From NCBI GenBank assembly GCA_041750285.1, contig JBGSZS010000008.1, forward strand, positions 87,850 through 151,849: 64,000 nucleotides of DNA, given 5' to 3'. The DNA comes from Candidatus Fermentibacteraceae bacterium (GTDB taxonomy: Bacteria > Fermentibacterota > Fermentibacteria > Fermentibacterales > JCC-6). A program made the translations under genes and the position numbers. The notes under the pieces were generated by a model. The model saw only the letters and a program-made list of their open reading frames with translations. It was not told the origin of the DNA and searched no databases. Numbering within the stretch: position 1 is the stretch's first letter; every line of letters starts with the position of its first letter. Shown here piece after piece: positions 19,100 through 29,054 of this stretch.

Positions 19100-21772
19100 A
19101 TGAACTACGGCAACCGGTTCCCTTGGGTCCTCCTTCTGCCCTCTCTGGCCTTCGCCTCGACAGGCGCCGGGGAAGCGACGATCCCCCACAGGATGATGAT
19201 GCTCGTACTTCAGCTGGGTGTCATCCTTTTTGCAGCAAGGATCGGTGGGATCCTTTTTGAGAAAATGCGTTTGCCCGGCGTTCTGGGGGAACTGTCACTG
19301 GGAATAGTGATCGGCCCTCACCTTCTTGGAGCAATCGCACTTCCCGGGCTTCCACAGGGTCTCTTCCCACCGGCTTCCCTGGGTCTGCCCGTCTCTCCCG
19401 AGCTGTATGGGATATGCTCACTGGCTGCGGTGCTGCTGCTTTTTTCAGTGGGGCTTGAGACCGATCTCGGGCTGTTCGTTCGATACTCGGTTGTTGGAAG
19501 TCTGGTGGGCCTTGGCGGGGTGGTGGTTTCCTTCCTGGCAGGCGACCTTCTGGCAGTGGCATGCTCTTCATGGCTGTTCGGTGAGCCCATGGGCTTTCTG
19601 TCCGGCCCATGCCTCTTCATGGGGATAATCATGACCGCCACGTCCGTGGGAATAACCGCCAGGATCCTTTCGGAACAGCGCAAGACCGAGTCCCCCGAGG
19701 GTGTCACCATCCTGGCGGGAGCGGTCGTCGACGATGTGCTGGGAATAATCCTGCTTGCCGTGGGGATGGGTGTGATCACGGCTTCGAGGGCTTCCGGCAG
19801 CATTGACTGGGCGCACATCGGAGTCATTGCCGGCAAGGCTGTGGGCATATGGCTGGTGGCCACTGTGCTGGGGATCATCGCCGCAAGGCGCATTGGCGCG
19901 GTCCTGAAGTCCATGGGAAATCCGTCGGTGATTGCCGTTCTGGCCCTGGGTCTTGCACTGATCCTTGCCGGGCTCTTTGAAGAGGCAGGGCTCGCGATGA
20001 TCATCGGAGCCTACGTGATGGGGCTCTCACTCTCCAGAACCGATGTGAGCCATCTCGTCCGGGAGCGACTGGCCCCGACACATGCCCTTCTGGTCCCGGT
20101 CTTCTTCGTGGTGATGGGAATGTTCGTGGACCTGCGGGCTTTCACTTCACCCACGGTGATCCTGTTCGGCCTTCTCTACACTGCGGCAGCGATAGGCGCA
20201 AAGCTACTGGGATGCGGCGTTCCGGCTCTGCTGTGCAGGTTCAACCCGCTCGGTGCCCTACGTATCGGCACCGGAATGCTTCCCCGGGGTGAAGTTACCC
20301 TGATCATTGCCGGAACCGGCGTGGCCATGGGTGTGCTCACGGGTCAGCTCTTCGGTGTTGTGGTCTTCACAACCCTTCTTTCATCGCTGATCGCCCCCCC
20401 GGTCTTGATCAGGCTTTTTCGCATTTCCCGTTCGGGCCTGAAGAATCCGGTTGCCGGGGAATCCGAAACTCCTCTTGCTTTCGCCTTCCCGTCGGCTCGG
20501 ACCACCGAACTCGTTCTTGGACGGCTTCTTGAAGTCTTTCACTCCGAGGGCTTCTTCGTGCACGAGCTGAGCAGATCAGAGCAGATCTTCCAGATCAGGA
20601 AGGACAGATCGGTCATAGGGTTCAGACGAAGCGGCCGGCATCTCACGTTCGAGGTTGGCAAAGACGACATCCCGCTTGTGAACACCGCCATGATGGAGGT
20701 CGTAGCGGAACTGGAAGGGATAGCCCGGGAACTTGCGAAGCCCATGGACCTGTCCGGCATCGGGCGAAAGGTTCAGGATGAGGCGGGTTCAGCCCCGGGA
20801 AGGAGGGAGCTTGCCCGTCACCTTTCCGTTTCGCTCCTCTTCCCTTCTCTGAAGGCCGACACCAAGGACGGAATTCTCGACGAACTGATGGAAAGGGTTC
20901 GAACCGACCGGAGGGTTCTCGACGTCGAAGCCGCCCGAAAGGCGGTTCTGGAGCGTGAAAGCAGCCTGTCCACCGGGATGCAGCACGGCATTGCACTTCC
21001 CCACGCGAGAACGGATGCGGTTTCGGCCCTTGTATGTGCCGTGGGCATGAAGCATGAGGGAGTGGCCTTCGATTCGATAGACGGTATCCCCTCGAGAATA
21101 TTCGTGCTCACGCTCTCCCCGAAAAGCGCATCCGCCCCTCAGATCAGTTTCATGAGCTCGATGAGCCAGGTTCTGGACGCGGAAGGACGCCAGGCGCTAC
21201 TCGCGGCTGAATCACCCGGCGAGATGTTCCTCGCTCTGACGGGAATCGACAGCTCTCAGGTCCGCCACGGCATTCTTTCCAGACGGTCCGGCATGCTGCG
21301 GGTTTCTTCAGCGGACAGCCCGGCTCCGGAATCCCTTCTTCTCCCCGAACTCATCGAACCATCGCTGAAAGGCGTTTCAGCCGGGGAAGTCATCGACGAG
21401 CTGCTGAACATGTACGTGAAAGCCGGGATCCTGAGTGATGTGACTGAGGTCAGAAGCGCCATCATCGAGCGTGAGAAGCAGATGCCAACGGGACTCGAAC
21501 ACGGGATCGCCATGCCCCACGGGCGAACCGGTCAGATCGCCAGGGTTCAGTGCGCACTGGGAGTATCCAGGCATGGGGTCGACTTCGGGGCGTTCGACGG
21601 CGGGCTCTCGCACATCATCGTTCTGATCATCTCACCGTTCGACTCCCCCTCAGCCCATATCCGCACCATGGCGACACTGGGACGTGCCCTTGGTGAACGA
21701 ACCCGTGAAAGAATCATCAATGCAGGAGCAGCTCCGGAGATCATCGCCGCCATGGCGGCCGGAAATGGCTGA
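19100..21772 (+). CDS. CPA2 cation:proton antiporter fused to two PTS EIIA (Ntr/Fru-type) domains
   Basis: LLLFSVGLETD, ATSVGITARIL, GAVVDDVLG, PRGEV; two ERE...TG.xHGIAxPHxRT motifs. Confidence 0.9.
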   Translation: MNYGNRFPWVLLLPSLAFASTGAGEATIPHRMMMLVLQLGVILFAARIGGILFEKMRLPGVLGELSLGIVIGPHLLGAIALPGLPQGLFPPASLGLPVSPELYGICSLAAVLLLFSVGLETDLGLFVRYSVVGSLVGLGGVVVSFLAGDLLAVACSSWLFGEPMGFLSGPCLFMGIIMTATSVGITARILSEQRKTESPEGVTILAGAVVDDVLGIILLAVGMGVITASRASGSIDWAHIGVIAGKAVGIWLVATVLGIIAARRIGAVLKSMGNPSVIAVLALGLALILAGLFEEAGLAMIIGAYVMGLSLSRTDVSHLVRERLAPTHALLVPVFFVVMGMFVDLRAFTSPTVILFGLLYTAAAIGAKLLGCGVPALLCRFNPLGALRIGTGMLPRGEVTLIIAGTGVAMGVLTGQLFGVVVFTTLLSSLIAPPVLIRLFRISRSGLKNPVAGESETPLAFAFPSARTTELVLGRLLEVFHSEGFFVHELSRSEQIFQIRKDRSVIGFRRSGRHLTFEVGKDDIPLVNTAMMEVVAELEGIARELAKPMDLSGIGRKVQDEAGSAPGRRELARHLSVSLLFPSLKADTKDGILDELMERVRTDRRVLDVEAARKAVLERESSLSTGMQHGIALPHARTDAVSALVCAVGMKHEGVAFDSIDGIPSRIFVLTLSPKSASAPQISFMSSMSQVLDAEGRQALLAAESPGEMFLALTGIDSSQVRHGILSRRSGMLRVSSADSPAPESLLLPELIEPSLKGVSAGEVIDELLNMYVKAGILSDVTEVRSAIIEREKQMPTGLEHGIAMPHGRTGQIARVQCALGVSRHGVDFGAFDGGLSHIIVLIISPFDSPSAHIRTMATLGRALGERTRERIINAGAAPEIIAAMAAGNG

Positions 21773-21837
21773 GAAGCGGGTAACCGACAGGAGACGCGCT
21801 TCTGTCGAAAACATACACGGGCGGAAAGGAAGCGTTC

Positions 21838-22260
21838 ATGCGCTTGATCCTGATGGCGATTGTTCTTGTCCTTCTGGTTTCGTGCAGTGTTGGTGAGGGG
21901 AACATTTCTGATGCCGGGACGGCAGCCACCTGGAACAATCGTCCCGATACAGCCTTTGCAGGGGTTGCGGAGCTGACCGATCTGCACGGAAAAACAGAGT
22001 CAGAGGTCGTGGTTGTCATGGGACAGCCGGACTTCCGGCAGGATATAACACTCCATGCGGGGGAGACCCTCTCCGAGTTCATGATCGAGGTCCACAACAC
22101 CTACCCTCCCGATGACCCATCGATCGAGGGCACCATCATTCGTCATCTGCAGTGGGAACGGAACGGCTACAGCGAGGCTGTCTTTCTTCACCAGTCATCT
22201 TCCGCTGGCGAATGGGTTGTTCTGGAATCCATGAAATGGTCAAACGATGTTGAGTTCTAG
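21838..22260 (+). CDS. Lipoprotein, hypothetical
   Basis: Lipobox LVSC; GKTESEVVVVMGQPD resembles SmpA/BamE-like start. Confidence 0.7.
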   Translation: MRLILMAIVLVLLVSCSVGEGNISDAGTAATWNNRPDTAFAGVAELTDLHGKTESEVVVVMGQPDFRQDITLHAGETLSEFMIEVHNTYPPDDPSIEGTIIRHLQWERNGYSEAVFLHQSSSAGEWVVLESMKWSNDVEF

Positions 22261-22291
22261 CGTCACCGGAGTTTTCAGCCGGAGGTGAGAA

Positions 22292-23146
22292 ATGCTTGAG
22301 CTGGCAGCGATCCTGATCGCGGCGGAACCGACCATAGTCCTTCATGAATGGGGAGTGGTCTTCTACGAGGTTGGAACGGCCCGGGCAATGGGCGACCCTG
22401 GCGTTCTTTTCGATGTGGAGGAGGCGGTTGCATACGCACCGGTGATTAACCTGTACGGTCCCGATTTCACGGGGAGAATTTCGGTTGCCGCCCTCGGGAC
22501 GATATTCGACATGTACCCCGAACCGGACGCGACCGGGGGTCCCATGATGATGGCCGGGCTGGGTTCGTTCATCCGCTGGGAGGGGATCGAAGCTCAAGGC
22601 AGCGGGAGCGGTGAGACCTTTCAACCGGTTCCCGGGCTGATGTCGGCTCCCCTCTGGAGACCTGATGACGCCCTCACACTGACCCGCGCCGACGGCTTCC
22701 GCGACAGGTTCCTATACTACGAGGTGGACCTTTCCGGCACTGAATTCCCCCTCCCCCTGGCTGGCCTGTCATCCCGGGGCATCCCGCCGGCCGGGGAGGT
22801 CCTGCTGTTTCACCGAAGCGTCGTTGGTATTGCCGGCTACGAACTTCTGCCCCAGGGCGACCTTTCAATGGCCGGCGGTACTGCTCCATTTCTTTACTCC
22901 TGCAGCGGGGTGAAGGCTGTCCTGGAAAGATGGGCGGGAACAACTCTCTCGGAGAATGAACTTTCCGCAATGTGGGCCACATGGGAGCCATATGTTCTTT
23001 CGGGCGACTGGGACGGATCAAGCCTTGCGGTTTTCCGCCTGCCGGATCAGGCCGTGGATCTCGTGAGCACCGTGAACGTTGTCTCCGACCAGGGACATCC
23101 CGTGTCAGTGCAAAGGTTTTTCCTGGGAATGATGGCCGTTCCCTGA
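22292..23146 (+). CDS. Hypothetical exported protein (HEWG family)
   Basis: GGAGG RBS, short hydrophobic N-terminus, VLHEWG and APVINLY, FLYYE motifs. Confidence 0.65.
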   Translation: MLELAAILIAAEPTIVLHEWGVVFYEVGTARAMGDPGVLFDVEEAVAYAPVINLYGPDFTGRISVAALGTIFDMYPEPDATGGPMMMAGLGSFIRWEGIEAQGSGSGETFQPVPGLMSAPLWRPDDALTLTRADGFRDRFLYYEVDLSGTEFPLPLAGLSSRGIPPAGEVLLFHRSVVGIAGYELLPQGDLSMAGGTAPFLYSCSGVKAVLERWAGTTLSENELSAMWATWEPYVLSGDWDGSSLAVFRLPDQAVDLVSTVNVVSDQGHPVSVQRFFLGMMAVP

Positions 23147-23153
23147 AGCGGTT

Positions 23154-23657
23154 TCAGGCAAAATAGGCAGTGCAGTTTGATAGGACTGCTCCCCGGGACA
23201 GCAGTACGGTTCCCCCCGCGATCACTTCAGTTACCTCTTCGAAGGGGCCGACCGAGGTCAGTGCAACCGTCGCCCGGTGACGGCAACTGCCCGGAGTCGA
23301 CGTGAAACTGCTCATCTGCTGGCTTCCGATGAACCTGTCCCGCTCCGGAGGAACGATGCTGCCCACGCCGGCCCGTTCCCGGGAGACCGCCGATCCGCCG
23401 GCGGTGCACTGGTAGTCGACCACCAGTCCGTATTCATCCTCCCCCCCTCGGAAAGCCACATCGAACCGGATGAACAGCCTGTACTTCCTTCCAGGCCGGG
23501 CCGTAAAACCAAACCGCCATTCCGAATCGGCCTTCACTCCCACTGATGCAACGGCCCTGCCCGGAAGGCGTCTGACGACAAGGAGGTACGAAAGAAGCAA
23601 CATCACGGCAAGGCTGATCAGAACCGTGAACTCAGTATCGGTGCACAGCAGCATCAC
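23154..23657 (-). CDS. Hypothetical membrane-anchored protein
   Basis: N-terminal TM helix after GTG/ATG at 23657/23654; overlaps the end of the YigZ-family gene. Confidence 0.5.
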   Translation of the reverse strand: MMLLCTDTEFTVLISLAVMLLLSYLLVVRRLPGRAVASVGVKADSEWRFGFTARPGRKYRLFIRFDVAFRGGEDEYGLVVDYQCTAGGSAVSRERAGVGSIVPPERDRFIGSQQMSSFTSTPGSCRHRATVALTSVGPFEEVTEVIAGGTVLLSRGAVLSNCTAYFA

Positions 23658-24054
23658 GCACCACCTTTCCCGTTCCCTGTTCGGCAAGGAGTTCCCGGGC
23701 AGCCCTGCGGTAGATCCTGAAGCGCATGCCGCCCAAGTGTTTTCCACCGTACCACCTGGCCACGATCACGATGCAGTCCACGGCATTCATTCCGTTCATC
23801 ACTTCGAGGATGCACTTCCCCGCACCCGGCTCACCTCCGTCGTTCCTGAACTCGGATCCGTCAGTCAGACGGCATGCCCAGCTCAGCTGACTCGCCTTCT
23901 CCATTCGAAACCTTTTCGTCGCGGTCTGAACCGCTTCCGAAAGGGCATCCTTCCCGTGAAACGGAATGCCACAGGCAAGGAAACGGCTTTGCTTCTCCAG
24001 GATCGGTCTGCCGCAAACGGCTGTCTCGAGGGTAATGGGTTTCTCAGGGTCCAT
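23632..24054 (-). CDS. IMPACT/YigZ (UPF0029) family protein
   Basis: EKQSRFLA, DGGEPGAG, VARWYGGKHLGGMRF. Confidence 0.85.
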   Translation of the reverse strand: MDPEKPITLETAVCGRPILEKQSRFLACGIPFHGKDALSEAVQTATKRFRMEKASQLSWACRLTDGSEFRNDGGEPGAGKCILEVMNGMNAVDCIVIVARWYGGKHLGGMRFRIYRRAARELLAEQGTGKVVRDAAVHRY

Positions 24055-26674
24055 GTTCTCCCACGGAGGTTTCCTCTATGAAGGTTCTGGCTTCCCTGCA
24101 ATGCCCGGTGAGAGAAGGCAGATCAAGCTGTGCAGCCTGTTTCTCCGCATCCGAAAGCGTTTTCAGAGCCTCTTCGGCCTCACCGATCAAGGCCAGGGCC
24201 CTGGAGAGCTGGACAAGTGCGTAGACCCTTCTGTTGCCTCCGCCTTCACCGGCGCAGCTCAGGCTTTCCCGGGCAAGTTCGAGCGCTTCCCGCGGAGAAC
24301 GGACCTCAGCGATCCGGGAGAGTTTTTCGAGCGTGAAGGATATCCCTCTGAGATCACCCATCTCCCTTCGAAGGGCAAGTGACAGAACGTGGTTCTTCTC
24401 CGCCCCGATGACATCTCCCTCGATTGTCAGGATGTCTGCGATGTTGGAGAGCACCGAGGCCCTCATGTAGGCATTGCCCGAGTTCCTGCTCAATGCAGAT
24501 GCCTCCTCGAGAAGCTCTCTTGCCGCTGCGAGCTCGCCCCTGCGCTTCCTTACGGACGCGATGTTGCAGAGAAGTGATGTCGCGGGCTGCTCAAGACCGC
24601 ATACCCTTGAGAGCGACAGCGCCCTTGTCCAGAGGTCAAGGGCGTTCTCGAGCCGGTTCTGCAGGTGGGCGGCGTTGCCCAGCCCAGCCAGGCAAAGGAC
24701 CTCGAGGCAGGGGTCGTCAATGCTCGAAGAGAGTTCCACAGCGGCCTCAAGAAGAGGTGTCGCAGCGATGTGATTCCCGGTGAGGAGATGAAAGGTTCCC
24801 ATCCTCTCCCTCAATTCCGCCCGGATTTTGGTCACAAAACGCCCTTCGCACGCTTTGACCGCAACAGCCTCTTCAAAGATCGCGCTCAGGTGGCCGAAGA
24901 ACTCTATGGCTTCCCCGAACCGCGATCTCAACTGGAAAAGAACCGAGACGGTCTTTGCATAAGATTCCATTGCGCGGGGTTCAAGATCCCTGAACACGCG
25001 TTCCGCGCCCCTGAGAAGATTGGGCAGTTCGAAGGCTATCCTGTTCAGAGCCTCGGCCTGTCCGCCGCTGTGCACTTCTCTGTAACACTCGTCAAGATAC
25101 TTCGCATAGTACAGATAGTGGGCTTTCTCCAGGCTTTCCTTACGTTCGGGGCTCATCGAGAGCCTTTCAGCGGCAAACAGCCTTGTCAGGGGATGCAGCA
25201 TGCAGCCACCGCCGGGTCTGACTTTCAGGATGGAATTGTCGGAAAGGCTCTGCAAAGTGGCGATCCGGCACGAGGCAACCTCTGCGGCAGCCTGCGTGCT
25301 GAAGCCGCCCTCAAAAACAGAAACCCCTTCAAGTGCCCTTCTCTCACACTCGGACAGCAAATCCCACGAGTACCCAAAGACTGCCTGAAGGCTTCTCTGT
25401 CTTTCCGGGAGATCGGAGGAACGGCTCTCCAGAAGACCTATATCCCTTCGGATCTCTTCAAGGAGTTCGGAGCACGGAATGATACGGATCAAGGGTGCGG
25501 CAAGTTCTATGGCCAGGGGCAGACCGCAGAGCAGACCACAGATGTCCCGAATGGCCTCCCTGTCTTCCGGTCCCGGTGAAAAAGACGGCTGCGCCCTTCT
25601 TGCGTTCTCAAGGAAGAGGTTCGTTGAATCGAATCTCTCCAGTTCATCACCCGGTTTTTGCGGAAGTGACATGCCGGACAGGTCGAAAATGCTTTCCCCC
25701 CTCACACCAAGACAGCGGCGTGAAGTGGCCAGGACCCTTATTCGAGGGCACTCCGAAAGCATTCGGGAGACCAGCCGGGAATGGGCGACAAGGTGCTCGA
25801 AATTGTCGAGCACGATCAGGGCGTTCAAATGACCCAACGCCGAGAAAAGGCGGGCCTCCTCATCCCCGCTGCCCGAAAAGGAGACGGAAACTTCCTGTGC
25901 AATCGCCGCAACCATTCCCGCCGCAGTCGATACGGATTCAAGCGGCACGAACCAGACTCCGTCCTGGAACGACGCAACGTTCTCCGCGGCAACCTGTACC
26001 GCCAAACGGGTTTTCCCCGAACCTCCATGACCGAGTATGGTGATAAGCCTTCTGTCGTGTTCGGAAAGCAGGGCTGTTATCTCCCCCATCTCCCGATGGC
26101 GTCCGAGGAAGGGTGTGGGCTGAACGGGCAGGTTGTGATGATGCGAGGATACGGTCTGAAGAGGCGGGAAGTTCCCTGGCAGCTCCGGGTGCTCAAGAAT
26201 GAAGATGTGCTCGGGTTCCAGAAGATCCTTGAGCATGTGCAAGCCGGCATCCTTCAGCAGCGCTCCCCCCGGAATGCTTTCAGTGACCGCCGCAGAAGCG
26301 CTTGTTACTGTCTGGCCTCCCCATGCCGCCGACATGAGCCGCATTGTCCTGTTGACAGGATCACCGAAGTAGTCACCACAGCTCTCAATGGCATCTCCGG
26401 AATGAACGCCGATTCTCACCTCCAGGCCGTCAACGTCTGTCCAGTCCTGTTTCTGAAGGGCAAGCTGAATTCCCAGAGCGCATTCAAGGGCGGTTCCGCC
26501 AGTGAAAACCAGCATGAAACCATCGCCGGTATGCTTCACCACCCTGCCGCCATGAAGCTCAACCTCCCGGCGCACCAGGATGTCATGCCTGGCAAGTGCC
26601 TCGCTCATCGCTTCAGGATGGAGCTGCCACTTCCGGGTCGATCCCTGAATGTCCGTGAACATGAATGAGGGCAT
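24044..26674 (-). CDS. Class III adenylate/guanylate cyclase + STAND (NB-ARC-like) ATPase + TPR protein
   Basis: FMFTDIQGST, KHTGDGF, RIGVHSG, DYFGDPVNRTMRL; GHGGSGKTRLA, VLDNFEHL, GLPLAIELAA; C-terminal TPRs. Confidence 0.88.
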   Translation of the reverse strand: MPSFMFTDIQGSTRKWQLHPEAMSEALARHDILVRREVELHGGRVVKHTGDGFMLVFTGGTALECALGIQLALQKQDWTDVDGLEVRIGVHSGDAIESCGDYFGDPVNRTMRLMSAAWGGQTVTSASAAVTESIPGGALLKDAGLHMLKDLLEPEHIFILEHPELPGNFPPLQTVSSHHHNLPVQPTPFLGRHREMGEITALLSEHDRRLITILGHGGSGKTRLAVQVAAENVASFQDGVWFVPLESVSTAAGMVAAIAQEVSVSFSGSGDEEARLFSALGHLNALIVLDNFEHLVAHSRLVSRMLSECPRIRVLATSRRCLGVRGESIFDLSGMSLPQKPGDELERFDSTNLFLENARRAQPSFSPGPEDREAIRDICGLLCGLPLAIELAAPLIRIIPCSELLEEIRRDIGLLESRSSDLPERQRSLQAVFGYSWDLLSECERRALEGVSVFEGGFSTQAAAEVASCRIATLQSLSDNSILKVRPGGGCMLHPLTRLFAAERLSMSPERKESLEKAHYLYYAKYLDECYREVHSGGQAEALNRIAFELPNLLRGAERVFRDLEPRAMESYAKTVSVLFQLRSRFGEAIEFFGHLSAIFEEAVAVKACEGRFVTKIRAELRERMGTFHLLTGNHIAATPLLEAAVELSSSIDDPCLEVLCLAGLGNAAHLQNRLENALDLWTRALSLSRVCGLEQPATSLLCNIASVRKRRGELAAARELLEEASALSRNSGNAYMRASVLSNIADILTIEGDVIGAEKNHVLSLALRREMGDLRGISFTLEKLSRIAEVRSPREALELARESLSCAGEGGGNRRVYALVQLSRALALIGEAEEALKTLSDAEKQAAQLDLPSLTGHCREARTFIEETSVGEHGP

Positions 26675-26743
26675 CGAGCCTCCCGCGCGTAATGGAAACA
26701 TGGGAAACACGACCCTGGAAAACCAGAACGCGTGACCCTTTCC

Positions 26744-27043
26744 CTACACCAGCATGATGAGGGTTATGGCAAGTACAGGCAGGTAAAGCACAAGGGCGGC
26801 TCCCACGGGCACAAGGAGGGTGCGCAAAGGGCGAGTCCGGCGGAGAATGAGAGCCCCGTTGGAGGCCAGAGCCCCGACAAGACCGGCAGCAAGCAGGACC
26901 CTGAAGGCGGCAGACAATTCTGGAACCGGTTGTGCGCCGGGTTCGGACGCCACCCTCCAGTGCAGAAGAAAGGCGCTCACAGAAAGAAGAACGGCGAACA
27001 CCGAGAGCCCTGATACTGCAGGAAGTATGCCCTTCCCTCTCAC
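26744..27043 (-). CDS. Small membrane protein
   Basis: Three hydrophobic segments; GTG start just after the upstream lipoprotein stop. Confidence 0.55.
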   Translation of the reverse strand: MRGKGILPAVSGLSVFAVLLSVSAFLLHWRVASEPGAQPVPELSAAFRVLLAAGLVGALASNGALILRRTRPLRTLLVPVGAALVLYLPVLAITLIMLV

Positions 27044-27053
27044 GCTTCCAGCT

Positions 27054-27305
27054 TCACCTGGCTTCCAGGATGGAGTCGACGGCTTCGACATGGGCGTTGG
27101 CCGAAGCTGCCGCATCCCTGGCATCGTGGATCACTCCGGTCGGCACCGGAGGCGTGGCTATGTCGTTTATGGCTTCCACGGCTCCGATCATCCCGGTTCC
27201 CTGACCGGCGGTCCGCCCTTCAGGGTTGTCCGGTTCACCGCATGAAGCCTGCATCAGCAGCACAAGCGCTGCGACAGCGAGGCCGGCCTTGATCCCTGCC
27301 TTCAC
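27054..27305 (-). CDS. Small lipoprotein
   Basis: Signal peptide ending QASC; GTGA overlap with the upstream gene. Confidence 0.65.
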   Translation of the reverse strand: MKAGIKAGLAVAALVLLMQASCGEPDNPEGRTAGQGTGMIGAVEAINDIATPPVPTGVIHDARDAAASANAHVEAVDSILEAR

Positions 27306-27994
27306 CTGAACACCGCCTTTATGGCTCCAAACGTCATTGTTTCCAGCCCTTGTGGGGTCAGGACAACCTGGAAGTCGTCGGCAAGGATGGAGGGCATCCC
27401 GCCCTCGAAAAGCATGGCGAAGCCGCTAAGGCCTGAACCAAGCAGGTAGGTCTGGTCGAGTACCTGGGCTGCCTGCTGGCCGTTAATGTGGAGGGTGAGT
27501 GTTACCGGATCGGTGTTCTCAGCCGTCAGTCCAACACTTACCCAGGTTCCGGGTGTGATCGTGGGACCAAAATCGCTGTAGAGCAGCTCGTAGTCACCGG
27601 CAACGTTCACATAGCCGATGTAGGCGTATGTGAAGGGCTGGAGGAAGACTATCACTCCGCCCACGTAGGCTTCCCCGGTGGTGATCTGCATTCTGGCGAG
27701 AACGTTCACGAGACTCCCGGTGCCGTCGGGGCTGAAGTCCATTGAAACCGACCCGTCCGCCCAGAAACCTGCCGCGCTGCAAAGATACCCCAGATACGTT
27801 GAATCGGGAAAGAAAGCCTCGATCACCTGATTCTCACCCTGGGTTGTCACCAGGGCGTAGCCTCCGTTCTCCTCCCTGATCCAGTTACCTGATGATTCCG
27901 GGCCCTGCCCCGGCTGGTACGACTGGAAGTCATCGAAGAAATCCCCCTGCACGAGACCCGAAAATGCCGCAAGCAGCAAAAGTGCTTTTTTCAT
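27302..27994 (-). CDS. Secreted beta-sandwich (lectin/DUF1080-like) protein with C-terminal TFGAIK tail
   Basis: MKKALLLLAAF signal; FFDDF...ADDFQV; ends ETMTFGAIKAVFR. Confidence 0.7.
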   Translation of the reverse strand: MKKALLLLAAFSGLVQGDFFDDFQSYQPGQGPESSGNWIREENGGYALVTTQGENQVIEAFFPDSTYLGYLCSAAGFWADGSVSMDFSPDGTGSLVNVLARMQITTGEAYVGGVIVFLQPFTYAYIGYVNVAGDYELLYSDFGPTITPGTWVSVGLTAENTDPVTLTLHINGQQAAQVLDQTYLLGSGLSGFAMLFEGGMPSILADDFQVVLTPQGLETMTFGAIKAVFR

Positions 27995-28247
27995 ACCCCA
28001 CCCTTCTCCGGTGCATCCCGTGTTCATCGTAATATAGGGCGAAGCCGGAAGGCATGCGTTGACTCATGGAGCTGTTCCGGAAGAAGGGGCGGGTCTGGAT
28101 ATGGATCCTGGACCGGGAACAATCTGGACAGGTTGCATGTAAGAACAGATAATAGCAAGGGAGCGGAAAGCTGCGCCGGGGCTCCGGCAGAAAGCCGGCG
28201 TCATGCAGGTGAAGCTTGGCTCCCTGGAAAAGGATCAGGAGGGGAAG

Positions 28248-28850
28248 ATGAAAGGCATAACTCTGGCAGTGATGATGACGGTTCTGACCGCTGCTGTGGC
28301 CTTCGCTGAAACCTACAGTCAAATGCCCGATGCGGACACCTGGATCTGGCCGGGCCAGGGCCCGTTCGGGTCGAGTCAGCAGCTCCGGACCAACAACATC
28401 AGTTCCTTCGATCAGAGGATAGTCATCGGATTCGACCTGTCTTCAATACCGCAGGAAGCCATTGTCAACACTGCATACCTGAACGTCTACAGGTACGACG
28501 GCAGCGCGGGAAGTGCCCTGGATTGCGAGATCTACCGGGTGACTGAAACGTGGGACGAAAACACCCTGGTGAATACCATCGCGTACGAAAGCACTGGCTC
28601 GTACGACCAGATCCTCGTGACAGAGAACGGATGGTACGCTTTCGACGTGACAAGCCTTGTCCAGGAATGGATTCAGGGGCTCTACCCGAACTACGGCGCG
28701 GTCTTCTTCGGAACGGGCGGCGCAGGGCTGTACCAGTACTTCCGTTCGCGGGAAGCCGCCTCGGACAACCCGTACCTGGTCGTTGAGTATGAACTTCCCG
28801 GCTCCTTCGAGGAATGCACATTCGGAGCGATAAAGGCGTTGTACCGATAG
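28248..28850 (+). CDS. Secreted DNRLRE-domain protein with C-terminal TFGAIK tail
   Basis: Signal peptide; DADTWI, FDLSSIP...TAYLNVY, VTETWDE, FDVTSLVQEW, NYG, FRSREA..NPYLVVEY; ends EECTFGAIKALYR. Confidence 0.8.
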   Translation: MKGITLAVMMTVLTAAVAFAETYSQMPDADTWIWPGQGPFGSSQQLRTNNISSFDQRIVIGFDLSSIPQEAIVNTAYLNVYRYDGSAGSALDCEIYRVTETWDENTLVNTIAYESTGSYDQILVTENGWYAFDVTSLVQEWIQGLYPNYGAVFFGTGGAGLYQYFRSREAASDNPYLVVEYELPGSFEECTFGAIKALYR

Positions 28851-28945
28851 GATCCTGACCAAGACCAGTCAACGCAGCGGGTGGTCTCACCCTGAGTTGA
28901 TCGCCATGGGAGATGTCTTTTCCTTTCTCATTGATCGTGTTCGCA

Positions 28946-28975
28946 TTGACCGGGCCTGCCCGGGCGGATTAGTGT
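28946..28975 (+). promoter_or_regulatory. Sigma70-type promoter TTGACC-N18-TAGTGT
   Basis: Same hexamers as the promoter at 5760-5788; upstream of the aldo/keto reductase. Confidence 0.45.
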
Positions 28976-29054
28976 AGTCTGAACAAGACGGCACATGGCT
29001 GGAACTGCGAAGTTTCGGGGGTTTTTTTGTGCTCCTGCAGAAGGGAGGCCCGGC

